Below, piece after piece: positions 63,801-64,000 of a stretch of 64,000 nt of DNA. Position 1 is the first letter of the stretch, and the number at the start of each line of letters is the position of its first letter. A model generated the notes under the pieces. It was given only the letters and a program-made list of their open reading frames with translations, searched no databases and was not told the DNA's origin. A program made the position numbers and the translations under genes. The DNA is from Lama glama (Eukaryota). The stretch lies in the NCBI GenBank assembly GCA_028534125.1, contig CM052817.1, forward strand, positions 2,482,001-2,546,000. Direction: 5' to 3'.

Positions 63801-64000
63801 TGGCCTGGTGGAATTGTTTTGCTCTTCCCTGATCCTCCCCCTGGTTGTTTCAACACCTTTGTCTTTCTGCTCTGATTCATTTGTTTGCCATTACTTAGTT
63901 TTGGCCATTTTGCCAAATCCATGTGACCCGTTAAAAAGGGGGAGCCCTGGGAGATTGTCTGTGTCTCTTGGGACCCTGAGCCCCTCACTCCCAAGGGTCT

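Noticed and set aside
1..64000. Assignment of the window to a named gene
   Set aside because: No exon is recognisable. The locus cannot be established without alignment, so HMX1 remains a hypothesis only.

Overview
This is 64 kb of GC-rich mammalian non-coding DNA, almost certainly from a camelid (camel, alpaca or llama). The assignment rests on four copies of a tRNA-derived SINE matching the camelid Vic-1 type, plus artiodactyl-style L1 3' ends. I find no credible cellular protein-coding exon, RNA gene or CRISPR array. The ORF track is GC-driven noise except for fragments of the L1 ORF2 C-terminus. The window is a mosaic of three things. (i) Transposon fossils: L1 of several ages (often nested, several with readable target-site duplications), L2, MIR, MLT1/MLT2/LTR16, two ~650-bp ERV1-type solo LTRs and MER58A. 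(ii) GC-rich minisatellites and orphan CpG islands. (iii) About a dozen short, AT-richer unique blocks dense in homeodomain, PBX-HOX and MEIS motifs, which look like the conserved enhancers of a developmental gene's regulatory desert or long intron. The most notable signals are sharply localised A/T->G/C conversion of L1 fossils (a recombination-hotspot/gBGC footprint at 51.0-51.1 kb and 29.1-29.4 kb), a ~650-bp PBX-HOX/MEIS enhancer candidate at 57.8-58.4 kb, a 14-bp minisatellite in which every unit carries an RSS heptamer and nuclear-receptor half-sites recur at the junctions, and a twin-primed inverted L1. I cannot support a claim of a wholly new biological system. Repeat family names come from recalled consensus sequences, not from a database search.
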